Shown: positions 36,040 through 45,427, counted from the first letter of the stretch. The stretch is 64,000 nucleotides of DNA from an uncultured virus (IMG/VR IMGVR_UViG_3300042691_011955) (IMGVR_UViG_3300042691_011955); one strand, 5' to 3'. Numbers and translations: made by a program. The notes: generated from the letters alone by a model not told the origin.

Positions 36040-37701
36040 ATGCGATTTTACGACTTTGGAAAAACTATTGTACATGAAGCAGTTGAATCTGATCTTGAAG
36101 CACAAAAAGCTATACACGATCTAGATACAATTGGCGTTTTTCTTGGAAATCTTCCTCCAGAAAAAGAAAATGTAAAAGCATCTGTTGCGACAAAATTAAA
36201 AAATTTGTCATCATCAATAAGTGCATTTTTAGCCAAAGCTAAGATACAAACTGCACAACCTGCACAACCTGCACCTGCACAACCTGCACCTGCACAACCT
36301 GCACCTGCACAACCTGCACCTGCACAACCTGCACCTGCACCTGCTAGAATGTCTACAGAGAGTATTTTAGAAGCAGAAGGTGCTAGCAGCGCAATTATTT
36401 CTACTATCGATACACTAAAGCAACAAATAAAGGCGGTTGAAGCTTCAGATATTGATGAGAAAATAAAGAAAAATTTTATTAAACCGTTTAGACAACAATT
36501 AGACGCTTTAACTAAACAAGTGGAAGAACTCCAGTTAGCAAAAGACGATGCTGTACAAAAACAACAAGAAGCTGAAAGTTTTGTTAAAGAAGTAAGTGTT
36601 TACCTTGTAGCTTTAGGAAACAAAGTACAAGGTTATCAAGAAGAAAATTTAGAAAAAATGTCTTCTAAAGAAAAAACACAGGCAAAGAAAAAAGCAGTAA
36701 ACGCAGCTGAATTTACAAAAACATTAAAACAAGCCTTGTTTGGAAAAATTGTAGATATTCAAGAAGAGGCCAACGCATCACCAATTGAGATTAAACAGTT
36801 CTTAGCAGCCTGCGTAAAAGGCGATGTAATTAACATGTTATCAGTTATCGGTACCGATCGCGGAAATATTAAAAACTATGTAAATCCTAAATATAAAAAA
36901 TTGTTTGATATATTTGTAGAACAGAATATTTTTAGTTATTCGCCAGGTAAAACATCTGGGGCAATTGGCCCAGGAGAAATGGCCTTATCAATGATGGGAA
37001 ACCCAGCTGAGAAAGCTAAAAAAGGTGACTTAAAAGTAGGCGATGTTGAAGTAGAAATTAAGGCCAGTGCATCTACAGGCGGTAGATTAAACAGTAAGAG
37101 TATTGCAAAAGCAACTGCGGGATGGGATCTTTGGAGGAAAGGTATTGCTAATATTGTAGCAACTGCTCCTAAGAACGCATCTATTTTTACTACTGACAAA
37201 AAAGGCGCTAGGGTAAAAGTTGCAGTTAACAAATTTAATGGCGATCAATACAACATTACAAACGGCAAAGCAAAATTAGGCAATAAGTACAATTGGAATC
37301 CAAAAGGGTTTCAGGCACTGAACGAAGAAGTACTCGAGCCATACAGTAATTTTGATAAAACATTTGAACTATTTCATACTACTATCAAATCACTAGTGTT
37401 AAACTTTGATTCTATTAAAAATGCTGATAAATTAATTGCTTCAGCTGTTGAGCAAGACGGCACTGTAGATTGGATGAAAATGAATAGAGCCTATACTAAA
37501 ATAGCATACGAAAGCTATCACCTAGCAGACGGCATAACAACAATTATGTTTTTAAGAACAGATACTTTAGATTATAGTATTATTAAAGACGGTAATGACC
37601 TAGTTAAGAAATTAGGAAAGACTGTAACAATGGGTGCAGGATTTAACTGGAATGACGATCAACAAACTCCAACTCCAGGTTATATGGCAGCTAAGTCGTA
37701 A
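36040..37701 (+). CDS. late protein with coiled coil, PAQPA linker and PD-(D/E)XK-like C-terminal domain
   Basis: TATAAATA promoter; GPGEMAL...KGDLKVGDVEVEIKAS. Confidence 0.55.
   Translation: MRFYDFGKTIVHEAVESDLEAQKAIHDLDTIGVFLGNLPPEKENVKASVATKLKNLSSSISAFLAKAKIQTAQPAQPAPAQPAPAQPAPAQPAPAQPAPAPARMSTESILEAEGASSAIISTIDTLKQQIKAVEASDIDEKIKKNFIKPFRQQLDALTKQVEELQLAKDDAVQKQQEAESFVKEVSVYLVALGNKVQGYQEENLEKMSSKEKTQAKKKAVNAAEFTKTLKQALFGKIVDIQEEANASPIEIKQFLAACVKGDVINMLSVIGTDRGNIKNYVNPKYKKLFDIFVEQNIFSYSPGKTSGAIGPGEMALSMMGNPAEKAKKGDLKVGDVEVEIKASASTGGRLNSKSIAKATAGWDLWRKGIANIVATAPKNASIFTTDKKGARVKVAVNKFNGDQYNITNGKAKLGNKYNWNPKGFQALNEEVLEPYSNFDKTFELFHTTIKSLVLNFDSIKNADKLIASAVEQDGTVDWMKMNRAYTKIAYESYHLADGITTIMFLRTDTLDYSIIKDGNDLVKKLGKTVTMGAGFNWNDDQQTPTPGYMAAKS
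36251..36344 (+). repeat. in-frame 15-bp tandem repeat (CCTGCACAACCTGCA)n encoding PAQPA
   Basis: direct repeats visible in sequence; about five perfect copies plus partial units. Confidence 0.95.
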
Positions 37702-37816
37702 AAATAAATTTCTTTCAGCCTATTATTGACCTAAGTTAATTAATTATTATTAACTAAGCATAGAATATTTCCTCACCTCTCGTTAAATAGTATAAGGGGT
37801 AACCGAGGAGAGGGTC

Positions 37817-38263
37817 ATGAAATACATCACAGCATTGGGGGCAATGCTAGTGTTTGCAGGTAGTGCATTCGCTACAGAGCTAATACATAATTTTCAAAGT
37901 CCAGCCTTTATACCAGGCAATGGATTCAGTCAGCACGTCTTGTCAATCCATCAATTAGAAGAATCTAAAAAGAAAGAAATTAAGAGCGAAGAACTGGCTG
38001 CTATAGCTAAGGCAGAAGCTGCTGCAAAACAAACAAATCTAAGTAAATTCCTTGTTAACGTAGAAGCACGTATCTACGCACAATTGTCTAAACAATTAGC
38101 AGATCAAATGTTTGCTGAAGGTACAGGAACAAGCGGAACTATGGACTTTCAAGGAACTAATATCAGTTGGGTTAAATCGGCCACAGAAGTAACTCTAACT
38201 ATTATTGAGGCCAACGGTAGCCGAACAGAAATTACTGTACCTATAGCGAGCTTTGCATTTTAA
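37817..38263 (+). CDS. csgF: curli assembly CsgF-like protein
   Basis: signal peptide then ELIHNFQSPAF..GN; LSKF...ARIYAQLSKQL; ITVP. Confidence 0.8.
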   Translation: MKYITALGAMLVFAGSAFATELIHNFQSPAFIPGNGFSQHVLSIHQLEESKKKEIKSEELAAIAKAEAAAKQTNLSKFLVNVEARIYAQLSKQLADQMFAEGTGTSGTMDFQGTNISWVKSATEVTLTIIEANGSRTEITVPIASFAF

Positions 38264-39510
38264 TGAAATTAATATTATCATTGTTACTTGTCACTGTTCT
38301 TTCAGGATGCGCCACCATACACATGGATGCGGCTAGGGAAGATGCTGTGGCTCTAACACCAAGAGAGAGTCTTACTAATAAAATACCACAGTTAGACGGT
38401 CCTCCAATGACCATTGCAGTTTACGGATTCACAGACAAGACAGGACAAATGAAACCTAATGATAGGTTAGCTGTGTTTTCAAAGGCAGTGACACAAGGAT
38501 CTGAAGTATTTTTAATCAAAGCACTTCAAGACTCAAAAAATTGGTTTAAAGTTGTAGAGCGTGTGGGATTAGATAACCTTATTAAAGAGCGACAGTTGAT
38601 ACGTAATCAACGCGAGGTTTATGAAGGTAAAGATGCTAGACCATTAAAGCCAATGACTGTGGCAGGAATTATGATCGAAGGTGGTATCATTGGCTACGAC
38701 AGCAACATACGCAGTGGCGGCAACGGCGCACGATTCTTAGGTATTGGCGGAAGTCAACAATATCGTGTAGATGAAATTGTAATTAGTCTTAGACTAGTAA
38801 GTGTAAACAGTGGGGAAGTATTAATTTCTAATGCTGTGAGCAAAACTATCTATAGCACACAACATAACGTTGGCGTATTAAGATTTGTTGATGCTGGAAC
38901 CAAAGCACTAGAATTAGAAAACGGGCAGGCTCTAAATGAACCTACAACATATGCTGTTCGTGTTGCTATAGAACAAGCAGTATATGACATGATCATTGAA
39001 GGCGAAAAGAAAGGAATGTGGAGATTTAAAAAATCTGTAACACAAGAAGTGCCTGTAGTAAAGGAGGAAAAGAAAGATGAGCTGGTTCAACCACAAACCT
39101 CACAAGCACCCCAAGGAGCCCCAGAGCCCTTACCACCCGCACCGATCGAGCCCGTCAAGCAAGAAAGCAATGGAGCAAGCCAAACAGTCGAGCCCAAAGC
39201 AGAAAAAATAACAAGGATAGTTCCTATACAACCAGAACATTTAGTAGTTGTAGAAAAAGTAGAAACAAATACAAATACTGCTCCAGTAGTTAAGCCACCC
39301 GCTCAATTGTGGAGTTCTAGATATCTTAAAGAAGATTCGTTTGTATACAAAGAACCAAATGAAAAAAGTCAACGAACATGGCAATTGAAAAAGGGAACAG
39401 AATTTAATATCATTTCTCCAGGTCCGGAGGGGTGGCATTATGTAGTAGACGCAGAGAAGCGTAAGGGGTATGTGCGAGCTGACGTGCTTTCAGAACACAG
39501 ACCAAAATGA
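38263..39510 (+). CDS. csgG: CsgG-like outer-membrane lipoprotein with C-terminal SH3b-like domain
   Basis: lipobox LSGC; AVYGFTDKTGQMKP, AVTQG, VVERVGLDNLIKERQLIR, EGGIIGYDSN; tail GWHYV...KGYVRADVL. Confidence 0.92.
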   Translation: MKLILSLLLVTVLSGCATIHMDAAREDAVALTPRESLTNKIPQLDGPPMTIAVYGFTDKTGQMKPNDRLAVFSKAVTQGSEVFLIKALQDSKNWFKVVERVGLDNLIKERQLIRNQREVYEGKDARPLKPMTVAGIMIEGGIIGYDSNIRSGGNGARFLGIGGSQQYRVDEIVISLRLVSVNSGEVLISNAVSKTIYSTQHNVGVLRFVDAGTKALELENGQALNEPTTYAVRVAIEQAVYDMIIEGEKKGMWRFKKSVTQEVPVVKEEKKDELVQPQTSQAPQGAPEPLPPAPIEPVKQESNGASQTVEPKAEKITRIVPIQPEHLVVVEKVETNTNTAPVVKPPAQLWSSRYLKEDSFVYKEPNEKSQRTWQLKKGTEFNIISPGPEGWHYVVDAEKRKGYVRADVLSEHRPK

Positions 39511-39589
39511 GAGTTAAGCATAGGAGAAAGTCTTTATTAAACTTAAAATTAGATGCATTAACAAACATAACTTGCATCTGGAGCGAAAA

Positions 39590-40261
39590 ATGAAAAAAAG
39601 AATCACAGGCGGTGGTAAGTTGTCGAGAAAAGTACTTACAATTCTAATGATGGCTGGAATGCTGTCATCGGGGGCGTGGGCCAACGATGTTTATGTTGAT
39701 CAGATCGGTGATAATACATCTGTATCTATTACACAAACAGGAGCAGGCAACACAGTAAACGGTAATGTTGGTGGCAACGGCAACGTTGATGATGCTGCTA
39801 TAATTCGTGGCGATCTCAATAATGTAACTATAAGTCAAATTGGTGCTAGCAATACACTTAGTATGATTGTTAACAATGAATCTAATGGAACAGGATCTAC
39901 CATAGTAGTTTCAGCAGATGGTAGCAACAACAATCAAACTATCGGTTGTGGTACTGCATTAAGTTCAAGTTGTAATGCTAGTATTATTAGATCTGAAATT
40001 ACAGGTAATAGCAACAATACTATACAGACGTTAAGTGGTGGCGTTGTGCAGAGTAAAATTAATATTAATGGCGATTACAACAATGTAACACATACAGCAT
40101 CAGGTGTAGGTTTACATAATGGAGAAATAACAGTTTCAGGCAGTGGCACTAATCAACTTGCCAATGCAGTGACACTAACACAGAGTGGAGTATTCGCTAA
40201 AAATGCAGTTATTACCAGCAACGGTTCTAATAATAACGTTATTGTTACTCAGTCCGATTAA
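39590..40261 (+). CDS. curlin-repeat secreted protein (CsgA/CsgB-like)
   Basis: signal peptide; repeated Q-x-G-x2-N / G-x-x-N units (DQIGDN, TQTGAGN, SQIGASN, NGSNN). Confidence 0.8.
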   Translation: MKKRITGGGKLSRKVLTILMMAGMLSSGAWANDVYVDQIGDNTSVSITQTGAGNTVNGNVGGNGNVDDAAIIRGDLNNVTISQIGASNTLSMIVNNESNGTGSTIVVSADGSNNNQTIGCGTALSSSCNASIIRSEITGNSNNTIQTLSGGVVQSKININGDYNNVTHTASGVGLHNGEITVSGSGTNQLANAVTLTQSGVFAKNAVITSNGSNNNVIVTQSD

Positions 40262-41306
40262 TAGCTTTGCCGGTGTTGGTAAAGTTACTGAACAGACTGG
40301 GCCTACAGAAATTGTAAGGAATAAGAAAAGTATTCCTTCTAGTCTAAACACGGGTGTGGAGATGAATGACACCATCTCCACAGCTAAAGCCAAAGCTGAA
40401 TTAACCTTTGAAGATAAAACTACAGTTAAACTTACAGAACACAGTAAAATGATCATAGATGATTTTGTCTATGATCCAAAAAAAGGTTCTGGTAAATTAG
40501 CCATCAATATGGCCTTAGGCACAGCTCGTTATGCAAGCGGACAAATAGCAAAAAATAATCCGCAACAGGTTGCTATCAAAACACCTACCGCTACTATTGC
40601 TGTGCGAGGCACTGATTTTTCTATGACAGTAGATGAATTAGGACGCAGTCTTGTAGTACTACTTCCTAGTTGTTCTCCAAACGGAGGCTGTGTTACTGGT
40701 GCTATCGAAGTTAGAAATCTAGCAGGTGTTGTGATATTAGATGTACCATATCAAGCTACATTAGTTAACAGTGCTTACACAGTACCTACAGAACCTACAA
40801 TTGTAAAATTAGACCAAGCAAACATTAACAACATGTTGATCATTAGCAAACCTAAAGAAGTTGCAGATACAGAACAGGCTGGCCTAGCTAAGAAAGAAAA
40901 ATCTATTTTAGATTTTAACGAACTAGATATCGATTTGTTAAAGTTTAGTGCATTAGATGAAAATTCTTTAGATAAAAAAAATGAGTTAGATAGAAATGAT
41001 TTAAATGCAGACCTATTAGCATTTAATGAATTAAATGAACTTGATAGACAAAATGCTAGTTTGTTGAGCAATGAATTAGACAATCCAATATTACCAGGAT
41101 ACTCAGCAAACAAACCATTAGGCTTGTTGTATTATTTTAATGATGATCAAACTAAGGTTACATTATACAAGGCAGGTACACACAATACCACAGCAACATT
41201 TGATACAACAAAGAACATTACATTTACCTTAATTCAAGATGGGCAGACTATTATTCAAAACGTGAATAAAGGTAGTACCAGCACTCTTATTGTAACACAA
41301 AATTAA
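40203..41306 (+). CDS. secreted FecR-domain protein
   Basis: signal peptide; GVEMNDTIST, LTFEDKTTVKLTEHS, IKTPTATIAVRGTDF; start uncertain (40185/40203). Confidence 0.85.
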   Translation: MQLLPATVLIITLLLLSPINSFAGVGKVTEQTGPTEIVRNKKSIPSSLNTGVEMNDTISTAKAKAELTFEDKTTVKLTEHSKMIIDDFVYDPKKGSGKLAINMALGTARYASGQIAKNNPQQVAIKTPTATIAVRGTDFSMTVDELGRSLVVLLPSCSPNGGCVTGAIEVRNLAGVVILDVPYQATLVNSAYTVPTEPTIVKLDQANINNMLIISKPKEVADTEQAGLAKKEKSILDFNELDIDLLKFSALDENSLDKKNELDRNDLNADLLAFNELNELDRQNASLLSNELDNPILPGYSANKPLGLLYYFNDDQTKVTLYKAGTHNTTATFDTTKNITFTLIQDGQTIIQNVNKGSTSTLIVTQN

Positions 41307-41323
41307 CTAGTAGGTTTAGAAAT

Positions 41324-41348
41324 AAAAAACCCGCCAGGCGGGTTTTTT
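41324..41348. terminator. bidirectional intrinsic terminator
   Basis: AAAAAACCCGCC-A-GGCGGGTTTTTT. Confidence 0.85.
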
Positions 41349-41364
41349 ATGGTAAATACTTCAT

Positions 41365-41919
41365 ATGAAAATACTTGAAATAATCCAAGAAGCAGAAGCT
41401 AGCGACGATGAATTGCGTCAGCGGTACGGTGACTTTGATCCAGAAGATAAGCCAATGTTGCCTACTACTAAAGTTGGTGGAGCGCCGGCACCGACGCTAT
41501 GGACTGCATACGAAGCTATTCAAGATATATTAGGTAGAAGTCGAGTAACAGACGACGATGATGACTTAGAGCCCGGCATGTATTATGTCTACCCCAGTAA
41601 CGAAACACCAATGTTTAAAGATACCGAAGAATCTGGCCCTGGCGGCAGTATTAATATTCCAAATTTAGAAAGCAAGGCTGCTCGTGATGTTGCGATTGCA
41701 GCTCACGAAGCATGTCATGCTTATGTACACGATCGTACAAAAGGTAGCGGGCGTGTTTATGCTAATGAAAAGATTATTAATAATCTAGCAGAGAAGTGGT
41801 TACGTAAACATCTAAGCGGCACAGCATTACACGTTGCACTAGAAACTATCACAGGCAGTCGTATTAGTTATGGTAAGGATTACATGCCTAAAGGTCCAAC
41901 ATCGGACAAAAGAAAATGA
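41365..41919 (+). CDS. late protein with HExxH motif (zincin-like)
   Basis: IAAHEACHAY...YANE. Confidence 0.6.
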   Translation: MKILEIIQEAEASDDELRQRYGDFDPEDKPMLPTTKVGGAPAPTLWTAYEAIQDILGRSRVTDDDDDLEPGMYYVYPSNETPMFKDTEESGPGGSINIPNLESKAARDVAIAAHEACHAYVHDRTKGSGRVYANEKIINNLAEKWLRKHLSGTALHVALETITGSRISYGKDYMPKGPTSDKRK

Positions 41920-42380
41920 AAATAAATGAACTAATGGCGGCAACTTCAGTGCCGTGGAAATGGACTTATCGCAGTGAGCGTCAGGCCACTGCTGAATTTA
42001 CTGTGGGCAATGTGCTGTATGAATTCAAAGCAAAGAATTCAGAATACGATCATGTAGATGCAGACCGTGATGTAGTAGGCTACGATGATGAAGAAGAAAA
42101 TGAAGAAGTTGACTACCGTGGTTACTGGGAAATTAGTTTTAACGGTGACGGCAAAACTAGCATGACCGGAACTGGTAACTCCGCACAAGTTATATCAGCT
42201 ATCACTGCTATAATAAAAGATTTCTTAATAACATACGACGATAAGATTCAAGTGATAGAATATGATGTACAAGGGTCTAGCGGTAGGGCAGGAGTATATG
42301 GTCGTATTTTTAATAAGCTGTTGCCAAATTGGACACAAGAAGATGGCTCACTACACGATGTGGAGGTAAAAAGACCATGA
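41916..42380 (+). CDS. hypothetical acidic protein
   Basis: MTGTGNSAQVISAI...SGRAGVYGRI. Confidence 0.65.
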   Translation: MKINELMAATSVPWKWTYRSERQATAEFTVGNVLYEFKAKNSEYDHVDADRDVVGYDDEEENEEVDYRGYWEISFNGDGKTSMTGTGNSAQVISAITAIIKDFLITYDDKIQVIEYDVQGSSGRAGVYGRIFNKLLPNWTQEDGSLHDVEVKRP

Positions 42381-42670
42381 GAAAAATATTATTAATTTTA
42401 TTAGTTTGTTTGTCTAGCACAGTCAATGCACAATTTAGATATGATTATCCCTTGTTGTGTGACAGTACTGAAAAGATCATAAAAAGCCTTGGGGAAAATT
42501 ATAAAGAAATATTAACCTGGGGCGGAAAGCATTCTAGTGATAATAGTGCCTACAGTTTATGGATCAATGAAAAAGAAGGATCTTGGACATTACTTAAAAT
42601 GACTCCTGAAACTAGTTGCATACTAGGAGTAGGCACAGAATCTAAAATTAAACTAGGTACGTCAATATAA
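42377..42670 (+). CDS. small secreted protein
   Basis: signal peptide MRKILLILLVCLSSTVNA; start re-set to 42377. Confidence 0.7.
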   Translation: MRKILLILLVCLSSTVNAQFRYDYPLLCDSTEKIIKSLGENYKEILTWGGKHSSDNSAYSLWINEKEGSWTLLKMTPETSCILGVGTESKIKLGTSI

Positions 42671-44715
42671 TGATTAAAAAAATACTTTTAAGTCCATGGA
42701 CTGCTCTATTAACTCTAGCGTTAGTAGTAGGCATACGAATAGCAGATCCTACATTCGTTGAAAGTGTAAGACTACGCTACTTTGATACATTAATTACTTC
42801 TAAAGCACCTACAGAAAATAACATCTATACAGTTAACATAGACGAAGCTGCTTTAGACAAATACGGCCAATGGCCATTACCCAGGGCAGAATATGCTAAA
42901 ATTATTAAAGATTTGTATGATCGTGGTGCTGGCCTTGTCGTTCTCAATGTGCTTATGGCTGAGCCTGATCGCACTGGTGGCGACTCAACTCTTGCCTCAG
43001 CTCTTAAACAATATCCTGTAGTACTAGGATCAGTGCCTGCTGATAAAACTAAAAATATACCACGCAACCCAGGCAGTGCTGTACTAGGGCCAGAGTGGTT
43101 AGATCAAATTGTACAATACCCGGGCCTTATTGCTAACGTACCGCAGTTAGAAAATTCAGCAGCAGGAATTGGTATTGTATCAACTATGCCTGAAGTTGAC
43201 GGAGTGAATCGTCGATTACCTCTTATCGTTGCAGTTGGCGATAAACTTTATCCTAGCATAGCTATGGAAACACTGCGAGTAGCAGCTGGCGATTCAACCT
43301 TTCAAATCAAACTTTTTGAAGGCGGTGTTGAAAAAATGCGTATACCTAAGTTTGGTCCTGTTACTACAGATAACTTAGGTCGGGTATGGATTGATTGGAG
43401 TCAACAAAGTAAAAATGTTAGTTTACTTGAGTTGCCTAAAAACCTAGATGGTGCTATTGTTATTGTTGGTCCAACCGCAGCTGGTATCAGTAATCCTGTA
43501 CCAACCAGTATGGGTGCTGTATTCCCACATGCTGTGCAGGCTAGTGTTATTGCTACAATGATTAACGGTATAGTTATACAGAGACCAGATTATGCCAACG
43601 GTGTAGAAATCTTAACACTAGTATTAGCAGGTATACTATTATTATTCTTAACAAGGTGGACTTATGTTGGTATTATTTCAGGTGTTGTTATTATTGGGAC
43701 TAGTGTATTCGCTGGCTCCTATGCTTATGCACAGTTTAGTTGGCTCTTCGATTCAACTGGTATTGTGGTCGGGCTTGTTCTGGTTATGCTTCATGCTTAT
43801 GGCATTAAGTTTATAAGCGAGTTCTTACAGAAACAAGCAATCAAGAAACAATTTGCAGGCTATGCTAGCCCTACAGTAGTTAGACTGTTACAAGAAAATC
43901 CAGACTTAATTAAGAAGGGTGTTAAGAAAGAAGTCAGTATACTGTTCTCAGACTTACGCGGCTTTACACCCTTAGGTGAAAGTTTTGGAGATGACGTTGC
44001 AGGTCTTACAAAAATAATGAACGGCTACATGGATGCCATTACACAACCTGTACTAGATGCAGACGGTATGATTATTAAGTACATTGGTGATGCTAGTATG
44101 CATATACATAATGCACCTATTGAAGATTTGAACCATCCTGCTACAGCAGTACGCACAGGATTGAAGATGCTTAAAGCAGTGGAGAAATTTAATGAAGAAA
44201 TCATTATACCTCAAGGAAGACCTGCCGTTGGCATGGGTGCTGGTATTAATACAGGGTTGGGATATATTGGAGAGATGGGATCAACTGCAAGACACAGCTA
44301 CGATGTACTAGGTGATGCTGTTAGTACTGCTGCCCGTATTGAAAGTAAATGTAAAGAGTATGGATGCTTGTTGCTAGTTGGCGGCGCAACAGTTGATCGC
44401 TGTGGAGATGACTTCTTCTTCCTTAAGATTGATGATCTTGCTGTAAAAGGTAAGAGTGTAGGAATTGCTATCTATACAGTATTAGATGATATCACTGATA
44501 CGTATCATGTTGCTAAAAAAATACACGAATCAATGCACGGTGCATACAGAGGACAAAAGTTTAGTACGGCTATTAGCATGTGTAAACAACTAAAAGGTCA
44601 GTTTGACGGCAAAATGGACAAGTATTACGACATGTGGATAGAGCGTTGTGAGTTCCAGCAGACTCAAACTCTACCTAAAGATTGGAACGGCGTTTTTATA
44701 GCGACAAGTAAATAA
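42670..44715 (+). CDS. CHASE2-domain class III adenylate/guanylate cyclase
   Basis: VNIDE...GQWPLPR and EVDGVNRRLPL (CHASE2), three TM helices, ILFSDLRGFT, KYIGDA, GINTG, YDVLGDAVSTAARIES. Confidence 0.95.
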   Translation: MIKKILLSPWTALLTLALVVGIRIADPTFVESVRLRYFDTLITSKAPTENNIYTVNIDEAALDKYGQWPLPRAEYAKIIKDLYDRGAGLVVLNVLMAEPDRTGGDSTLASALKQYPVVLGSVPADKTKNIPRNPGSAVLGPEWLDQIVQYPGLIANVPQLENSAAGIGIVSTMPEVDGVNRRLPLIVAVGDKLYPSIAMETLRVAAGDSTFQIKLFEGGVEKMRIPKFGPVTTDNLGRVWIDWSQQSKNVSLLELPKNLDGAIVIVGPTAAGISNPVPTSMGAVFPHAVQASVIATMINGIVIQRPDYANGVEILTLVLAGILLLFLTRWTYVGIISGVVIIGTSVFAGSYAYAQFSWLFDSTGIVVGLVLVMLHAYGIKFISEFLQKQAIKKQFAGYASPTVVRLLQENPDLIKKGVKKEVSILFSDLRGFTPLGESFGDDVAGLTKIMNGYMDAITQPVLDADGMIIKYIGDASMHIHNAPIEDLNHPATAVRTGLKMLKAVEKFNEEIIIPQGRPAVGMGAGINTGLGYIGEMGSTARHSYDVLGDAVSTAARIESKCKEYGCLLLVGGATVDRCGDDFFFLKIDDLAVKGKSVGIAIYTVLDDITDTYHVAKKIHESMHGAYRGQKFSTAISMCKQLKGQFDGKMDKYYDMWIERCEFQQTQTLPKDWNGVFIATSK

Positions 44716-44716
44716 T

Positions 44717-45049
44717 TTACTTACCTGTACTGTCAAATTTCTGACTTTGGCTTTGATATTTGTTAATAATAAAATCTAATTCTGCTCGATCATCGTTATT
44801 AAGTTGTTGATCAAGCATTGTTTTGTGTTCTAGCACCATTGCTAGTTTTGTGTTCATGCGAATCATGTCGTTGTCTAACATTCGTACACGATCTACTAAC
44901 TTAATCAGCGTACCCATTGTTTCACCTATGATAGGATCTATTTCCTCAGTTACCCACTTCCATATAAAGTAGATAAAATATCCCATGCCCATTGCGGCAA
45001 TAATAGGAAATCCATACTCATTAATTGCTTTTGCAATATCATCTAACAT
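44717..45049 (-). CDS. single-pass membrane coiled-coil protein, paralog A
   Basis: GFPI..A TM then L.DRVRMLDNDMIR. Confidence 0.75.
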   Translation of the reverse strand: MLDDIAKAINEYGFPIIAAMGMGYFIYFIWKWVTEEIDPIIGETMGTLIKLVDRVRMLDNDMIRMNTKLAMVLEHKTMLDQQLNNDDRAELDFIINKYQSQSQKFDSTGK

Positions 45050-45327
45050 TAGTCTCTCCTTGCATCGTTCTTACCTTCGTTAGCCGCAATTCGGTCTACG
45101 TTAGGTTTTACTTTTAGTGCATAGCTCATGAGAGCATCGATCTTTACTAGATCGTTGTTCATAGTTTGTACACGATTATCAAGCTGTGCAATAATGTTTT
45201 TTAGTGTTTTTACTGATCCAGTAACGCCCGCTAGAATAAACTTCAGCGAGATAAACACAAAGATTCCGGCCGCTAGTGCCCCTGCGATCGGAAATCCAAC
45301 ATCTCCTACTAATGTTAGAAAATCCAT
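45049..45327 (-). CDS. single-pass membrane coiled-coil protein, paralog B
   Basis: GFPIAGA TM then LDNRVQTMNNDLVK; minus-strand TAAATA at 45356-45361. Confidence 0.75.
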   Translation of the reverse strand: MDFLTLVGDVGFPIAGALAAGIFVFISLKFILAGVTGSVKTLKNIIAQLDNRVQTMNNDLVKIDALMSYALKVKPNVDRIAANEGKNDARRD

Positions 45328-45427
45328 AAAAAAAGCCCCCTACGCTCTGCTATTGTATTTAGCTGTAGCCACTCCAAAAATTAGAATTTGGTAAATACAA
45401 TGACACTTTTAGTTCAAAGGAGAGGGA

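Noticed and set aside
36251..36344. CRISPR array
   Set aside because: Contiguous 15-bp coding repeats with no spacers; no cas operon (13757 is a lone PD-(D/E)XK exonuclease)
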